A stretch of 64,000 nt of DNA. It comes from Eledone cirrhosa (taxonomy: Eukaryota). Each line of letters begins with the position of its first letter. Within the stretch, counting starts at the first letter, position 1. The position numbers and the translations under genes were made by a program. The notes beneath the pieces were generated by a model that ran no database searches, was not told the DNA's origin, and saw only the letters and a program-made list of their open reading frames with translations. Positions 1-12,730 of the stretch are shown one piece after another. Location: contig OZ024744.1 of NCBI GenBank assembly GCA_964016885.1, forward strand, positions 74,958,001 to 75,022,000. Direction: 5' to 3'.

Positions 1-4
1 ATAT

Positions 5-109
5 TTCTATTATATGTATTTCGAAAATGTAAGAGTGGTTACATAATTACCCTCTGGTAGAAGGTTATTATGTAACCACTCTGACATCTTCGAAATACGT
101 ATAATAGAA
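5..109. repeat. Imperfect palindrome of a PLE pLTR piece carrying the 3' part of a hammerhead
   Basis: Arms 5-55 and 59-109 are reverse complements. The right arm reads A-GAAG...CTTC-GAAAT-ACGT-ATA (stem II, GAAA, palindromic stem III); the CTGANG core is lost at the inversion centre. Confidence 0.6.
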
Positions 110-277
110 TTATGTAATAAAAAGATGTACGAATAAAACCGTCTCTCTTATTCATTATATTGAAACTCCGGTTGATACCTTACCGAGAAAAACGCTAAGG
201 AATACAAATCGTGGAGTGCTTTACGTCTGTTTACGAAAATGTAGGCGGATTATATATCAACCAACTTTCATCAGCTG

Positions 278-347
<70 letters not shown>

Positions 348-436
348 AGCGTAAAACTAATATGACTTTGTGTTATTGCATTCTTGAATTACATATACAT
401 ATACACACACACATACACATACACACACTCACGTAT

Positions 437-529
<93 letters not shown>

Positions 530-541
530 CATGTATGTATG

Positions 542-598
<57 letters not shown>

Positions 599-1729
599 AT
601 TAACAATACACGGCCCATGTCAATAGTGTCAAAAGCTCTGTGTGTGTAACATTAAACAAATGTTAAAGACCAACAATATAACAACAACATTACTGGTTTA
701 TCACAGTAATAGTATGGCGTACTACAATGAAAAGTCACGATGTCATATAACGCGAACACTCCGAAACGTAGTTTTTGTAAGAGAGTTATCCCGCCCAATA
801 TAATATAATACAATTAGTTAGTCATACATTGCTAATGGTTACATACTACATTATTTTCAACATTTAATACATCAATATACTGTAGACAGAGAATGTATTG
901 TCGCCGCTAGTAAATAGTTGTTTTCAAAGAGAGTATATTTAAAAGATAAATCCTTTTACACGCGTGAAAACACCTACTATTTCAACAATGAACTACTTCG
1001 GAATATCACTATTTCTTTCTTCTTTATTTGATAAGGATTAACGAGATAAGACTGCCTCTGTCCAGGTTTCAATTGTATTGCACTTTTATAATTTTTTCTG
1101 GTATTATATGTAGCATTGTCGGAGCAGTGTGGTCTATTAGGTACTTCGTTTCGGAACCGCGAGGTTTCGAGTTCGATCTCACTGCACAACACAAAGGAAG
1201 CTAGTTTCTACTATAAGTGAGATACATGGTCAATCAATACAAGCCAGAAATATTATATAAACATAAATTGAACAGAGGGATGTTGGATATGTATATTTAT
1301 GGTTGTGTAGTTATGAAGATCACTTCGTGACTAGATAGTTTTGAGTTCTGTCATACTGCATGGGATCTTGAATAATTGTGTTTAACTATAGCTTCGTGTG
1401 GACCAAAGCCTTGTTAGGGAAATTTGTAGATTGAAAGAGAGTTCAGAAATCTGTCCTATACCTGTGTATACACACGCACGCGCGTACACACACACACACA
1501 CACACAGAAACATATATGAATTTTGAATAAATATTAGCTTCAAGTTATCAGTTCCAACGCAGGTTTTTGAGATGATAGTCCCAAAATAGGGGAACATTGG
1601 ACAGCTTCACTCGTGTGACTTCACATCCCGCATGACGTATATCGGATATCTCCAAGGTCTTATATGCTCAACTTGTTAGATTCATTTTCATAATCAAAAA
1701 CGTGTGTTAAATTTTTAATTTAAAGCAAA

Positions 1730-1784
<55 letters not shown>

Positions 1785-1833
1785 CTCGCTTTCTCTCCCC
1801 CTCTCTCTCTCTCTCTCACTCTCTCTCTCTTTG

Positions 1834-1897
<64 letters not shown>

Positions 1898-3400
1898 GAG
1901 GGAGAGCTCAAGTAGAAAGTAACTATATGGATACACACGTATATACATACATAAATATATACAGGTATACATACATACATACATATATACTTAAATGCAT
2001 ACATACGTACGTACATACAAACGTATATGCATACAGGCATTCACACATACATACATACATAATACATACATACATACATACATACAACTTAACTGAAGAG
2101 AGATTGTCAATCAATAACACATTTAAGCTCAATGTGTATATCTATATATATATGAAGTGAAGTTGGGCGTTGTTTGTTTGTTTGTTTGGTTTTCCGAACT
2201 TGCAGGCTACACCGTTCATCCGATTTTCATGAAACTTGACACATATATAAAACTCGACCCGATAATCGGGGCCCCAGAAGCCAAAAATCGATATTTTCAA
2301 AAATCGTCCGATTTCGGTGAAACTCGACGCAAGTGTGTATTTTGATCCTGGGATGAACGTGGGCTACATTAAATTCGATATTTTCAGAATTCGTCCGATT
2401 TCAATGAAATTTGATATTACCACAATAATATATCCATTAGGAGTTACTCGAAGGCTGCAAGAGTACAGAAAGCTTTTTTAAACTCATAAATCATGCGTTA
2501 AATGAGACCTTTAAGAGTTAGGGCAGACAATTATTTATAGTTTATAGTGCTTATTTATTTAGACTACTTGCATGCCATTTCAGTTAAATATAATTCATTT
2601 TTCGCCTTCCTTAAATTTAAAAATCCCCATTGGAACTAGGGGATTGTCGACATCTTAGCGTTAAACTTTTCATATTCCCCCTTATTCAAGTTCAAATACA
2701 GTATTATGCCTATCTGAAAGGAAACCAAATTTAATGGTGTCTTTTGTGATACCAAAAGCTAAAAGCGGTGAGTAAATTTTCAAACAGTCTTAAATAATCA
2801 TGCTTTTTGAAAAAACATTTACTAAAAATAATTTGACCAAAATGTTCTAAAAAATTACTTAATTCATAACACTACTGTCACAGCACAGGAACTGAGTAAG
2901 TTTTCGGGTTTTTAAACATAAGTACACCAGGGTTTGTGCCTTTTCCATTATTAGCCCACCTCTAATGGCATTTTTTGTTTTGTTTACGACTAAATGTTAT
3001 GAGCGTATTTGCAAATTGCTATTGTTGTTTAATTTTTTAATTAGTTGTCATAGACCATCTGCATGCAGTGCAACTTATTGCGCACACGTACACACCTGCA
3101 TGCAGATAAAAACTGACAGCTAATAAAAAATCGATAATTTGCTTATTAAGACATCGGTTAAAAAGATAGATTGAATGTACTTTAGAAAATTGTTTGAATA
3201 TATTGTTCTTTTGGGCATGATATGTCAGAAATATAGCTACTATTCACTTTAGTTATTTTTTGTAACTAAGAAACGGTTCCTTTTGGGTGGATACTTAACG
3301 AGAAAGATCCCAGGGTTTGGGACAGGTTTGTTTCAGGCACTGTATAGACGCCAATTTTGTCACACCTTGGTCATGAATTCGTATTATTTTCCAATAGATA

Positions 3401-3656
3401 CCGTATTTTCCGCTCTAGAAGGCTCACCGGGATATAAGGCGTATCATTTAAAATAAGGTCCGCACAACGGCGTGTAAGGCCAACCAGGAAAATGCTATCT
3501 TCTTTACTTTTAGTCTAGATCTATTACTTCTTTTAGAGCCGTGATTGATTACCATTGTATTATTTATACATAAGGCTCATCGGAGTATGAAGCGCAGAGC
3601 TGTTTTATGATGAAATTTGGGTATTTTAAGTCCACGTTATAGGCCGGAAAATTCGG
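3401..3656. mobile_element. Tc1/mariner-superfamily (Tc2/pogo-like) MITE
   Basis: TIRs CCGTATTTTCCG...CGGAAAATTCGG flanked by TA on both sides (3399-3400, 3657-3658); internal TATAAGGCG-type repeats. Confidence 0.7.
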
Positions 3657-3780
3657 TAAGTTATTATAATCATATTTCCAAATCTTCCCATTCACCAGTA
3701 ACCATGCTACCGAATCTAGTGTCATCTCTCTCTGTACTTAATCACCCCTCTCTAACCTAACAGCTTCGTTACACGTCGTT

Positions 3781-4299
3781 ATGCCCACACGGAAACGATC
3801 AAGACTTACCTCCAAAACAGATACAGCTACTGCTTTGAGACGACGAATTAGGCGTTCTCAGGTATGCGTTCATTCACTATTGGTTAATCCTTTATGCAAT
3901 ATTCTCCCTTAATGTTAGCAAGCACTGCGTTTATCCTAACTGCCACCACTTTTAAGCAACTACAACATTCTAATCGTAGTTATATTAAATTTATTGTCTT
4001 ACCTTGATTCCCTTTTGTTCATATTACACTTTTCTCATTTACTATTGGCACAGTGCCTTTGGTTTAGATAACCAGTAGCATTAATTAACTTTAGGAACCC
4101 TAGGAAACTTTAATTAACTCTAGGAAACTTTAATTAACTCTAGGAAACACCTGCTGAGCGCGAATCTCGACTCGCTGATAGACGTCTCTCCCGGCTGGTT
4201 GAGTCACCAACATCCCGTACGACAAGGCTTCCTGATGTTCACCTTCGTCGCCAACAAGCGCTTGCGGAGGAGTTACCAACGTCCGACACATGTCCATAG
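3781..4299 (+). pseudogene. Spliced N-terminus of a Helitron Rep/helicase-like protein (exons 3781-3861 and 4144-4299)
   Basis: MPTRKRSRLTSKTDTATALRRRIRRSQ, then a GT..AG phase-0 intron, then ETPAERESRLADRRLSRLVESPTSRTTRL... The ETxxxRxxRL repeats resemble Helitron N-termini. Stop at 4297-4299. Confidence 0.55.
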
Positions 4300-4689
4300 T
4301 ACTGGATCTGTGATATCTTAATTCGGAGAAGTAGCAGTTCTGCCTTGAATCATTCTCTGATCTCCGAGCTACGCACTCTCTCTAGTAACGTTACCCCGAA
4401 GACCCTTCGGAGGAAACCCTTTTCGGCTGCTTGTATTCGCGATCGTATTCTATCTGTCGTTCATATTTAGATTTTTTACTTAGTCACTGAAGAATAATTT
4501 CGATGAAAATACAAATATGCACGTTATCTATATCAGTCTCTTTACCGTTGACCGTTTGTTGTTCATACACATTTGATTCAGCATCACAAATTATCCCATT
4601 CACATGAATATTGAAATTTTCTACGCGTCTTATACAATTGTTTTTTGAAAACATCCTTCTATATATGTATATATATATATGTATGTATG

Positions 4690-4771
<82 letters not shown>

Positions 4772-4804
4772 TATGTATACGTACATATATATATATATAT
4801 ATGT

Positions 4805-5890
4805 ATACAGCCGTACAGTAGTATGTATATACATACATACAGGCACACATATATATATGTGCGTATGGATTTACCGAACATTTATTATAATGTTCGGTTT
4901 GTTTGTAAACAAACAGCCCGAATTAAGCCGTACAGTGTTCGGCAACCATCGTTGCCCTTTTGTTCAACACTGACAAAGGAACGATGAGCTAGTTTCTAGC
5001 TTATTAGCTGTCATCAGCCCCGTATACCTTCCTGTCAGTCGATTGAACGTTTGAAAGTATATACTTTCCTTATGCATATTAACGGCTGAGCAGCCTAATG
5101 TGCATATCGACTGAGTTAGTCGGCCGGCCGTACCGAGAACTATAAATGGAAAAAAATGAAATTTCATTTCTCACTCTTAGTACGGCTGATACTTAAATAT
5201 AAGTGTGTATACGTACATACATATGTGTATACAGACGTACAGTAGTGTGTATATACATACATACGTGCACACATATATATATACGTATGGGTTTACCGAA
5301 CATTTATTATAATGTTCGGTTTGTTTGTAAACAAACAGCCCGAATTAAGCCGTACAGTGTTCGGCAAACCATCGTTGCCCTTTTGTTCAACACTGACTAA
5401 GGAGCGATGAACTAGTTTCTAGCTTATTAGCTGTCATCAGGACCTTTGTTAGTGTTGAACAAAAGGTCAACGATGGTTGCCGAACACTGTACGGCTAATA
5501 ATTCGGGCTGTTTGTTTACAAACAAACCGAACATTATAATAAATTTTCGGTAAACCATTACGTACATATATATATATATGTGTGTGCATGTGTGTATATA
5601 TATACATACTCCTGTACGTCTGTATACACATATGTATGTACGTATATATACTTATATTTAAGTATCAGCCATACTAAAAGTGAGAAATGGAATTTCATTT
5701 TTTTCATTTATCGTTTTCGGTACGCCCGGCCGACTAACTCACTCGATATGCAAATTAGGCTGCTCAGGCGTTAATATGCGTAAGGAAAGTATATACTTTC
5801 AAACGTTCAATCGACTGACAGGAAGGTATACGTTGCTGATGACAGCTAACAAGCTAGAAAGTAGTTCATCGTTCCTTTGTCAGTGTTGAA
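4805..5890. mobile_element. Non-coding 423-bp HHR repeat unit (family C, retrozyme-like): about 1.5 tandem units followed by an inverted unit
   Basis: Direct repeat 4805-5017 / 5228-5440 with period 423; inverted copy 5445-5890. HHR motifs at 4982-5022(-), 5405-5440(-) and 5831-5871(+). Confidence 0.8.
5831..5871 (+). ncRNA. Type I hammerhead ribozyme (family C)
   Basis: CGTTG-CTGATGA-C-AGCT-AACA-AGCT-A-GAAAG-TA-GTT-CATCG; stems I and III each carry one mismatch. Confidence 0.7.
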
Positions 5891-5917
5891 GAAAATAATT
5901 TCATTTTTTCCATTTAA

Positions 5918-5959
<42 letters not shown>

Positions 5960-5963
<4 letters not shown>

Positions 5964-6327
5964 AGAGTTAGGACCCCGACAGCTGAGCTCCAGCCGTTTC
6001 GACAGCTAGATCCGAATTGAGTTCGGATCTAGCTGTCGAAACGGCCGGAGCTCAGCTGTCGGGGCCCTGGCTCTCTTCCTATTACCCACTCTACTACCCT
6101 AAGTATCGTGTTCTCTGGTGCGTTGTGGCCCACATGGCTCCTTACCACACTTTCTTTCTTATATATGTATATATGTATATATATATATATAGTCCAGAAT
6201 TAGCCGTCGAAACGGCTTGAGCTCAGCCGTCGGGGTCCTACTCGTTCCTATTACCCACTCTACTACCCTAAGTATTGAGTACTTTGGTGCCTTATGGTCC
6301 ACCTGGTTCCTTACCACAATTCCTTCG

Positions 6328-6330
<3 letters not shown>
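5960..6330. mobile_element. PLE pLTR tail pieces (family G): palindrome 5960-6080 plus tandem copy 6190-6330
   Basis: GAAACGGCTTGAGCTCAGCCGTCGGGG...ATTACCCACTCTACTACCCTAAGTATTGAG is homologous to the 3' end of the PLE at 15940-19060; flanked by (TA)n. Confidence 0.75.
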
Positions 6331-6359
<29 letters not shown>

Positions 6360-7447
6360 TTACTCTATAACAGAAATTATCTAATTGACTTTTTCTCGAG
6401 AACAATTTTTAAGTTACCTCTGTCTGACTAATGTTGCGCATTAAAATCTTTTATACTCCCTGTCTTAATCTCAGTCCTCTCTCAACATTGTATTCATATA
6501 TGACGTACTTCAACATTTTTTAGCTAATAATTTTTCCCAGATTGGAAAAAGTTATTTTCTGTTGGTACGTAGAACTAAAAGGGAAATGTGCAAACAGATA
6601 AAAGAAAGAAGAAAAAAACAAGAACCATTACCAATGTTATTTCTCTGAACAATTTTTAATCTCCTACAATTTATTAATAAAACAAATGTTGTTGACACGT
6701 AGAAATATGAACATTCTTTGTAATGTTCGCTTTAATCTGAAAATGGCGTCTGGTAGCAGTTGGTAGGTCTTAAAATCAGCTGATTTAAATCATTTCAAGT
6801 GGTTGTGGGATTCAAATGAATTCATTCTGGAAAGAATTCTAAGATAATAAAGATCTACCATATATTACTAAATTTGAACTTCCAGATTAGTTTACAATCT
6901 ATACTTTTGTTGTTTAATCCAAGAACAGTCCTGCTCGTGTAAACTTATGACCAAAAGGTGTTTAATCAGCGACCCCCCCCCCCAATGTTTTCTGTATAAT
7001 GGACTACATTATCTGTGTCATTTCATGTTTTTAAGAGATTAGAATGTGGGATATTTGGTGGCCATTTGGGGCAAGTTAAATGCTATCAGATTTGAAGAGT
7101 TGAGTCGTAAATTCCATGTTGCTCTGCTTACTTTTACAATTGTATAAAACATAAATAACCAAGTAAATTACTGATAAATTTAATTATTAAAGGATAATCA
7201 ATAACCCATTGTCTAATGTATTTGACAATCCCATCAATACACTTCAGCGTCATTTGACTAACTAGATCACGGTTCTTTTAGGTCAGATAATCTATATTAC
7301 ATCAACGAAAACCTTGTTTAAGTAAAACATTTCTTATTGCATAATCCCCTAACACTGGTCCGCTCCATTGAAATTTTCTGTCGACTCTATGCATCCTGTC
7401 CGACGCTCTACCGATACTGCCAATCCATCACCCTCGTATGCGTTATA

Positions 7448-7695
7448 ATAATTGTTTCTAGTTTTGGCACAAGACCAACAATTACTCCAGTCCATTACTG
7501 GTACTTTATTTTATCGACCCCGTAAAGATGAAAGGCAAAGTAATACCGCCGAAGTTAACTTTGCCCTTCATCCTTACGGGGTCGATAACATAAAGTACCA
7601 GTAATGGACTGGGGTCGATTTAATTGACTCCCCCTCCCTAATAGGAAAAAGAATTGTCGGACTCAGCCTGGTGCCTAAATCAGAAACTGTTATTA
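7448..7695. mobile_element. Inverted pair of tRNA-derived SINE fragments (Meta-domain-like core)
   Basis: GCC(T/C)TTCATC(C/T)TTACGGGGTCGATAA core on both strands, meeting near 7550. Confidence 0.75.
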
Positions 7696-8567
7696 CAACG
7701 TATACTACATATCGTAATGTATTCCTTATTACAGACCTCTCTTTCAAGCATCGCCCTACTTCTTTTGTATTGTATCTATATGGAAACTCCACCCCCACAA
7801 TATGGGCACAATCACTCGTTTTGTATCCTGGTGTTTTGTTGAGCACTCTTCTTATTCTGCGTTCTTGTCATAAGCTGCTGAAACGTTTGTAAATTTACAT
7901 TAGCCTTCATTGTTATAATAATGAAATTATTGTGCACTACAACTCAATAAAGGTGCATGTATAGAACATAGAAAAATGTACAAATGTCAGGAAAGTGAAC
8001 TGCGTATGAGTCATGATATACATGTGTGCGTGTGTATGAAAGGAGGATAGATATATACACTGGTAAGAGGAAAATATTTCAACAACTGAAACATAAAAAG
8101 ATAAAAACAACACCCTACAGTCGTTGAGTGATGCAAATTGTGTACACGGCTGTCCAATTACACAATCAAAGAGCCGGTATGAACTTAGAAGTTTATATCC
8201 TAGAGGCTTTTACTTTATCAATTTAAATAATAATGTATCGTGACAAAATGATGTTACCTGAAGCTTTTCTAGGTGCATTTGTAAACATTTTACACATATA
8301 TAGCATAACATAGGGGCGTAACAATTGTGAGTTTTAATTAATTTTAAATGGTTTTATGAAAATATGATAAAGTCAAGCAATAACGGGATATGAGATTTTA
8401 AGATTAAAATATGTTTCCGTCCAGTCAGGTGTGCATTTTATTTTCTCTTAGCGTTTTGTGAACAAACAATCTAATGCACCTAGACAGTAAATACTCAATT
8501 CAAATGGTTCAACTTTTTTTTTGTAAACTTTTATATTCTAGTTTTCAAAACTTTAGAGTTTTATTAA

Positions 8568-8777
8568 ATAATAGTTTCTTATATAGGCACAAGGCCAGCA
8601 ATTTGGGGGGAGGGGGAAGTCGATTAAATCGACCCCAGTGCGTGACTGGTACTATATGTTATCGACCCCGTAAGGATAAAAGGCAAAGTTAACCTTTCCA
8701 GGATTTAAACTCAGGCCGTAACTATGCTGCAGAACATGGCGTCTGACCATCTACCGATACTGTCAATCCACCGCCAG
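8568..8777 (-). mobile_element. tRNA-derived SINE
   Basis: Reverse complement has a GGCGGTGGATTG head, a B-box-like GAGTTTAAATCC, the CCTTTTATCCTTACGGGGTCGATAA core and a GGCCTTGTGCC tail. Confidence 0.8.
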
Positions 8778-8837
8778 AGTTTTATTAAATAATATCTAAC
8801 TATACGTAGAGACAAGTCTAGAAAGAATTAACAAGCG

Positions 8838-9022
8838 TTTGGCAGTATCGGTAGATGGTCAGACGCCATACTTTGCAGCATAGTTACACCCCTTTACGGT
8901 CTGAGTTCAAATCCCGCCGAGGTAAACTTTGCCTTTCATCGTTAAGGGGGTCGATAAAATAAAGCACCAGTAATGCACTGGTTAATTGCTGGCCTTGTGC
9001 CTAATGTAGAAACAATTATTGT
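8838..9022 (+). mobile_element. tRNA-derived SINE
   Basis: B box GAGTTCAAATCC, core GCCTTTCATCGTTAAGGGGGTCGATAAAATAAAG, tail GGCCTTGTGCC..AGAAACAATTATT. Confidence 0.8.
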
Positions 9023-9111
9023 TAGCTATTAGATACACTATATCAGAGACAATACTAAACAGAGTATAGTAAAGAATTCAAAGAAACCGGGAAGTTTCTG
9101 CGCGAGCAAAT

Positions 9112-9545
9112 AATGGTTTCTTATATTGGAACAAGGCCAGCAATTTTTGGGGAGGGGAATGTCTATTAAATCGACCCAGTGCGTGAATGGTATTTTATAT
9201 TATCGACCCCGCAAGGATGAAAGGCCAAGTTAACCTCGGCGGGTTTTGAACTCAGAATGTAAAGGGACGTAACTCAATGCCTCGAAGCTGGGTGTCCGAT
9301 GCTCTACCGATTCTGCCAATCCACCACCCTATAATAAAAATAGGTTTTGGATAATAATAGCTGTTTCTACTTTTGGCACAATGCCAGCAATTATCTCAGA
9401 ACATTACTGGTACTTTATTTTATCGACCCCGTAAGGATGAAAGGCAAAGTTAACCTCGGCGGGATTCGAACTCAGAATGGCAAGGACAGTAACTCTATGC
9501 GTCAAAGCATGACGTCCGACCCTCTACCGACACTTTCAATCCACT
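9112..9545 (-). mobile_element. Two tandem tRNA-derived SINE copies (9112-9330, 9355-9545)
   Basis: Each has TATCGACCCCG(C/T)AAGGATGAAAGGC and GAACTCAG (reverse B box). Confidence 0.8.
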
Positions 9546-10485
9546 GATAGTATAGTTCTCTGTGTGCCGACTGTGTCAATAAATATTTCTAACAATTATG
9601 AGGGTTGTAATAAATGTTTTATGAAGGATCTAATTTGTCCATTGTAATGATTGACTTCTTGGTCTCGTGTAACGTTATTCATTAATACTAATAACAATAC
9701 GCCAACAAGACTAACTCTAGTAGTCGATGTGTGTGCTAGAAATAGCAGTCAATTTTGATTCAATTTACAAATGGAAGGGCATGAATAATGAAGTTCAAGA
9801 CGCACGATGGCTGTAAAAAATGTCATTTTCAGAGCGGTAAGCTCTTAGATCTTAAGTATGCTTGAGCGAGACTGACCTAGGTCTTAGCGTGAACACCAAG
9901 AAAATATGCCACACAAGATTGCATTCCTCAAGATAAATCACTGCATGTCAAAATGTGCAGTATAGTCATTATGGCGCTTTGAACCTATGAATCACATTTA
10001 ATCCTTCGTTCAATTATCTAAGTGCTACAGGCCGGCTCAGCCAGTTTTGACCGGGCTATACAAACAACAACACCAAAAACAACAACTACTACAAGAATAA
10101 TTCAGTAATGTTTCAATCTCCACGATGTGCGCTAGATGAAATAACTCTTAAGAAACGAACAACTCCAGCTGTGAACATGGAAATAATGGAATATAGGGTA
10201 TGTTTCATTAGAATAAAGTTCTGCTAGAGGATAGATGGAGAAATAATAGATGAAGAAATAAATGGAAAGGGAACATTTTCTAGAATGCTATCAGAACTCA
10301 ACATTTTATAAGAGATTTCTGATTACGAGATGCTGCATACCACAAATATAACAGTCGCAGCAACAAGAGAAAAATAAAATCGATGAGTAGAGTGAAAGTC
10401 TTATCACATATATTGGAATAGTATTTATAAAAATAATAGAGAAGATACACGTGAAATTTTAATTACATTATCTCATCTATCATAC

Positions 10486-10800
10486 GTGTTTTCTTTCTTT
10501 CTATCTTTCTTTCTATCTATCTTTCTTTATATTTTCTTTATTTCGTTCTTTCTTTCTTTGTTTTTTTTCGTTTTTTCTTTCTTTCTCTCTTTCTTTCTAT
10601 CTTACGTGTGGTTTCTTTCTTCCTTTCTTTCTATCTTTCTTTCTTTCTCTCTTTCTTTGTTCTTTTCTGTCTTTCGTTTTTTATCTTTGTTTCTATCTTT
10701 CACTCTATCTTTCTTCCTTTGTTTATTCTTTCTTTGGTTGTTGCTTTCTTTCTTTCTTTCTTTCTTTCTTTATTTCACTCTCTATTATTCTCTATCTTTC
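10486..10800. repeat. Degenerate (TTTC)n/(TCTA)n low-complexity tract
   Basis: Seen directly. Confidence 0.9.
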
Positions 10801-10949
10801 TCGTTTGTGTATTTGTTTATATACCTGCGTGTTCATATCAGTATTGGGTGGTAAATAAACTTATGACTCTCACTAGTAACATCATGATTATTCAGCATAA
10901 CATCTATATATAGTGATAATAAACCGGGAGTTATCACCGCAGATATACA

Positions 10950-10986
10950 CGAGTTAAAGATCCGTTCAGTGAAACGCGCGTCCTCG
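10950..10986 (+). ncRNA. Decayed minimal type I hammerhead
   Basis: CGAG-TTAAAGA-T-CC-GTTC-AG-T-GAAAC-GCGC-GTC-CTCG; stems I and III are perfect, core is mutated. Confidence 0.6.
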
Positions 10987-11016
10987 AGAATGATATGCAA
11001 ATTTGTTGTGGCACTA

Positions 11017-11060
<44 letters not shown>

Positions 11061-11158
11061 CCACCACCCCACTCTCCAGAGCGTGAAATTAATAAACATT
11101 CGTTGTACTGCCTCTCTGTTTTGTTCCTGTTCAAATTTTCCATTATATATATATATAA

Positions 11159-11192
<34 letters not shown>

Positions 11193-11228
11193 ACGCAAAC
11201 TCACATACGCACGTGCGCACGCACACAA

Positions 11229-11366
<138 letters not shown>

Positions 11367-11377
11367 ATATATATATA

Positions 11378-11628
11378 TAGAAGTAGTATCACAACAGTTA
11401 GTTCACCATACCGAGAACAAATGTTTCACCTTATTCGGATCTTCAGCTCGGTCTAAATCGGTTTAGACCGAGCTAAAGATCCGCGAAGGTGAAACATCTG
11501 TTCACGGTATGGTGAACTAACTGTTGTGATACTGCTTCTACCAAACTCGTCCCATGGACTGAGTGCTCTATTATCATGGATATAACCCACCAGTGTTTTA
11601 CTACGAAATACGATTCTCGCTGAATTTA
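11378..11628. mobile_element. Palindromic PLE pLTR cassette (arms 11378-11540) with two inverted hammerheads
   Basis: Arms are reverse complements around 11459; the tail continues to 11628; (TA)n on both sides. Confidence 0.8.
11410..11452 (-). ncRNA. Type I hammerhead ribozyme (family H)
   Basis: ACCGAG-CTGAAGA-T-CC-GAATAA-GG-T-GAAAC-ATTT-GTT-CTCGGT. The mirror copy 11467-11508(+) has CTAAAGA. Confidence 0.8.
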
Positions 11629-11900
11629 TACATATATATATATATATATCTTCGCTCCTTCGTTCTTCACTTTATTTCTCCACTATAACTCTACATATAA
11701 TAATATTCTTTTCTCTCTTTATCTCCCCATTTTTCTCTCTCTTCTTCCAACAGTATAATTTAAATAAACGTTTTTTTTTTTTAATCTTTCGGACATTCAT
11801 TTGCATAATCACACAGAATTTTTCTACTATCCAGAAAACTTTCAACCGCCAAGGTTGCTTTTTCCACGGTTATGTCAATATTTATAAAACAAATCTTGTA

Positions 11901-11961
11901 TTTTATCTGATGAAAGCGCACCAAGAATGCCTTAGTGGTCCTTGAAATATATATAATAAAA
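11901..11961 (+). ncRNA. Type I hammerhead ribozyme (family A)
   Basis: TTTTAT-CTGATGA-AAG...CTT-GAAAT-ATAT-ATA-ATAAAA, within pLTR fragment 11860-12090. Confidence 0.8.
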
Positions 11962-12474
11962 TAATTATGGTTTTATAAATATAGTTTCCATTTATTAATA
12001 TATTGAATATTTACTCCAGTAATTTGTTGAGTGCTTTATGTCAGTTATATACTTTTAAATAAATTATATAAATTAAATATAACTTCTGCATATATATATA
12101 TATATGGAGTGTGGGTGCATACATATATATTTTTAATCTTTGTAATGTATATATATAAATGTATATATATAATGATAAACCGCCACCCATATCAACCACC
12201 AATTTATACCCCCCCCCCCCCCCCTACGCTGCAGGAAAAATCATCCTTATGAATTAAACCACCGATCAAAACAAAATTCACTGACCACCATAGGAACATC
12301 AGACATTCTCACACGCCATGTATAATTATTTATCCATTACCATTATAGGGGCTCTGACACTTAGAGAGTCGGGGTAGACCGATACAGATCGAACCTTGAG
12401 CTGATCAGTGGCGAAACGCGCGTCACCAACCAATCAACGTAATGAAGGAGTAACTACTCGTCCTTGTTTTATTT

Positions 12475-12525
<51 letters not shown>

Positions 12526-12554
12526 AAAGAATAGAGGTGTAACACACAAGTTAT

Positions 12555-12730
12555 TATATATTGGTAAACGGAATAGAAAATGCTGACAAATTGTTCACAG
12601 TTGAAAAATGGTTTAATTAGGAATAAAAGAGTATTAGTGATTGTATGCACTAATACTCTTTTATTCCTAATTAAACCATTTTTCAACTGTGAACAATTTG
12701 TCAGCATGTTCTATTCCGTTTACCAATATA
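12555..12730. repeat. Near-perfect palindrome (about 85-bp arms) in (TA)n
   Basis: TATATATTGGTAAACGG...TTAGTG / CACTAA...CCGTTTACCAATATATA; no HHR core seen. Confidence 0.85.

Larger units (their letters stand above)
2140..4300 (+). mobile_element. Helitron 5' portion (decayed; 3' boundary uncertain)
   Basis: TCTATATATATA...(GTTT)n...CCGATTTTCATGAAACTTG 5'-end pattern, repeated CCGATTT..GAAA motifs, and downstream Rep-helicase-like N-terminal exons. Confidence 0.6.

Noticed and set aside
150-280. CTGATGA on the minus strand (268-274) with a TTGGTTGATA/TATCAACCGG helix
   Set aside because: No GAAA follows the helix and stem I cannot be formed; at best a deleted HHR.
362-649. The many YIYI/HTHT/CVCV/ERER ORFs throughout the ORF track
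   Set aside because: They are translations of (TA)n, (CA)n and (GA)n microsatellites, which lack stop codons; not genes.
722-780. TACAA-TGAAAA...ACTCC-GAAAC-GTA-GTT-TTTGTA hammerhead-like remnant
   Set aside because: The core is too degenerate to distinguish from chance.
4480-4520. CTGAAGA...GAAA motif
   Set aside because: No convincing stems I-III.
7730-7880. Possible terminal host exon on the minus strand (CTAAT branch point, TTTCAG acceptor)
   Set aside because: Gives only a short unrecognisable peptide, and no other exons were found to support a gene.
8838-8920. tRNA-like A/B boxes
   Set aside because: These are SINE heads without a complete cloverleaf; not tRNA genes.
10486-10913. 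Hydrophobic F/L/S-rich ORFs resembling membrane proteins
   Set aside because: Translation of a (TTTC)n tract.
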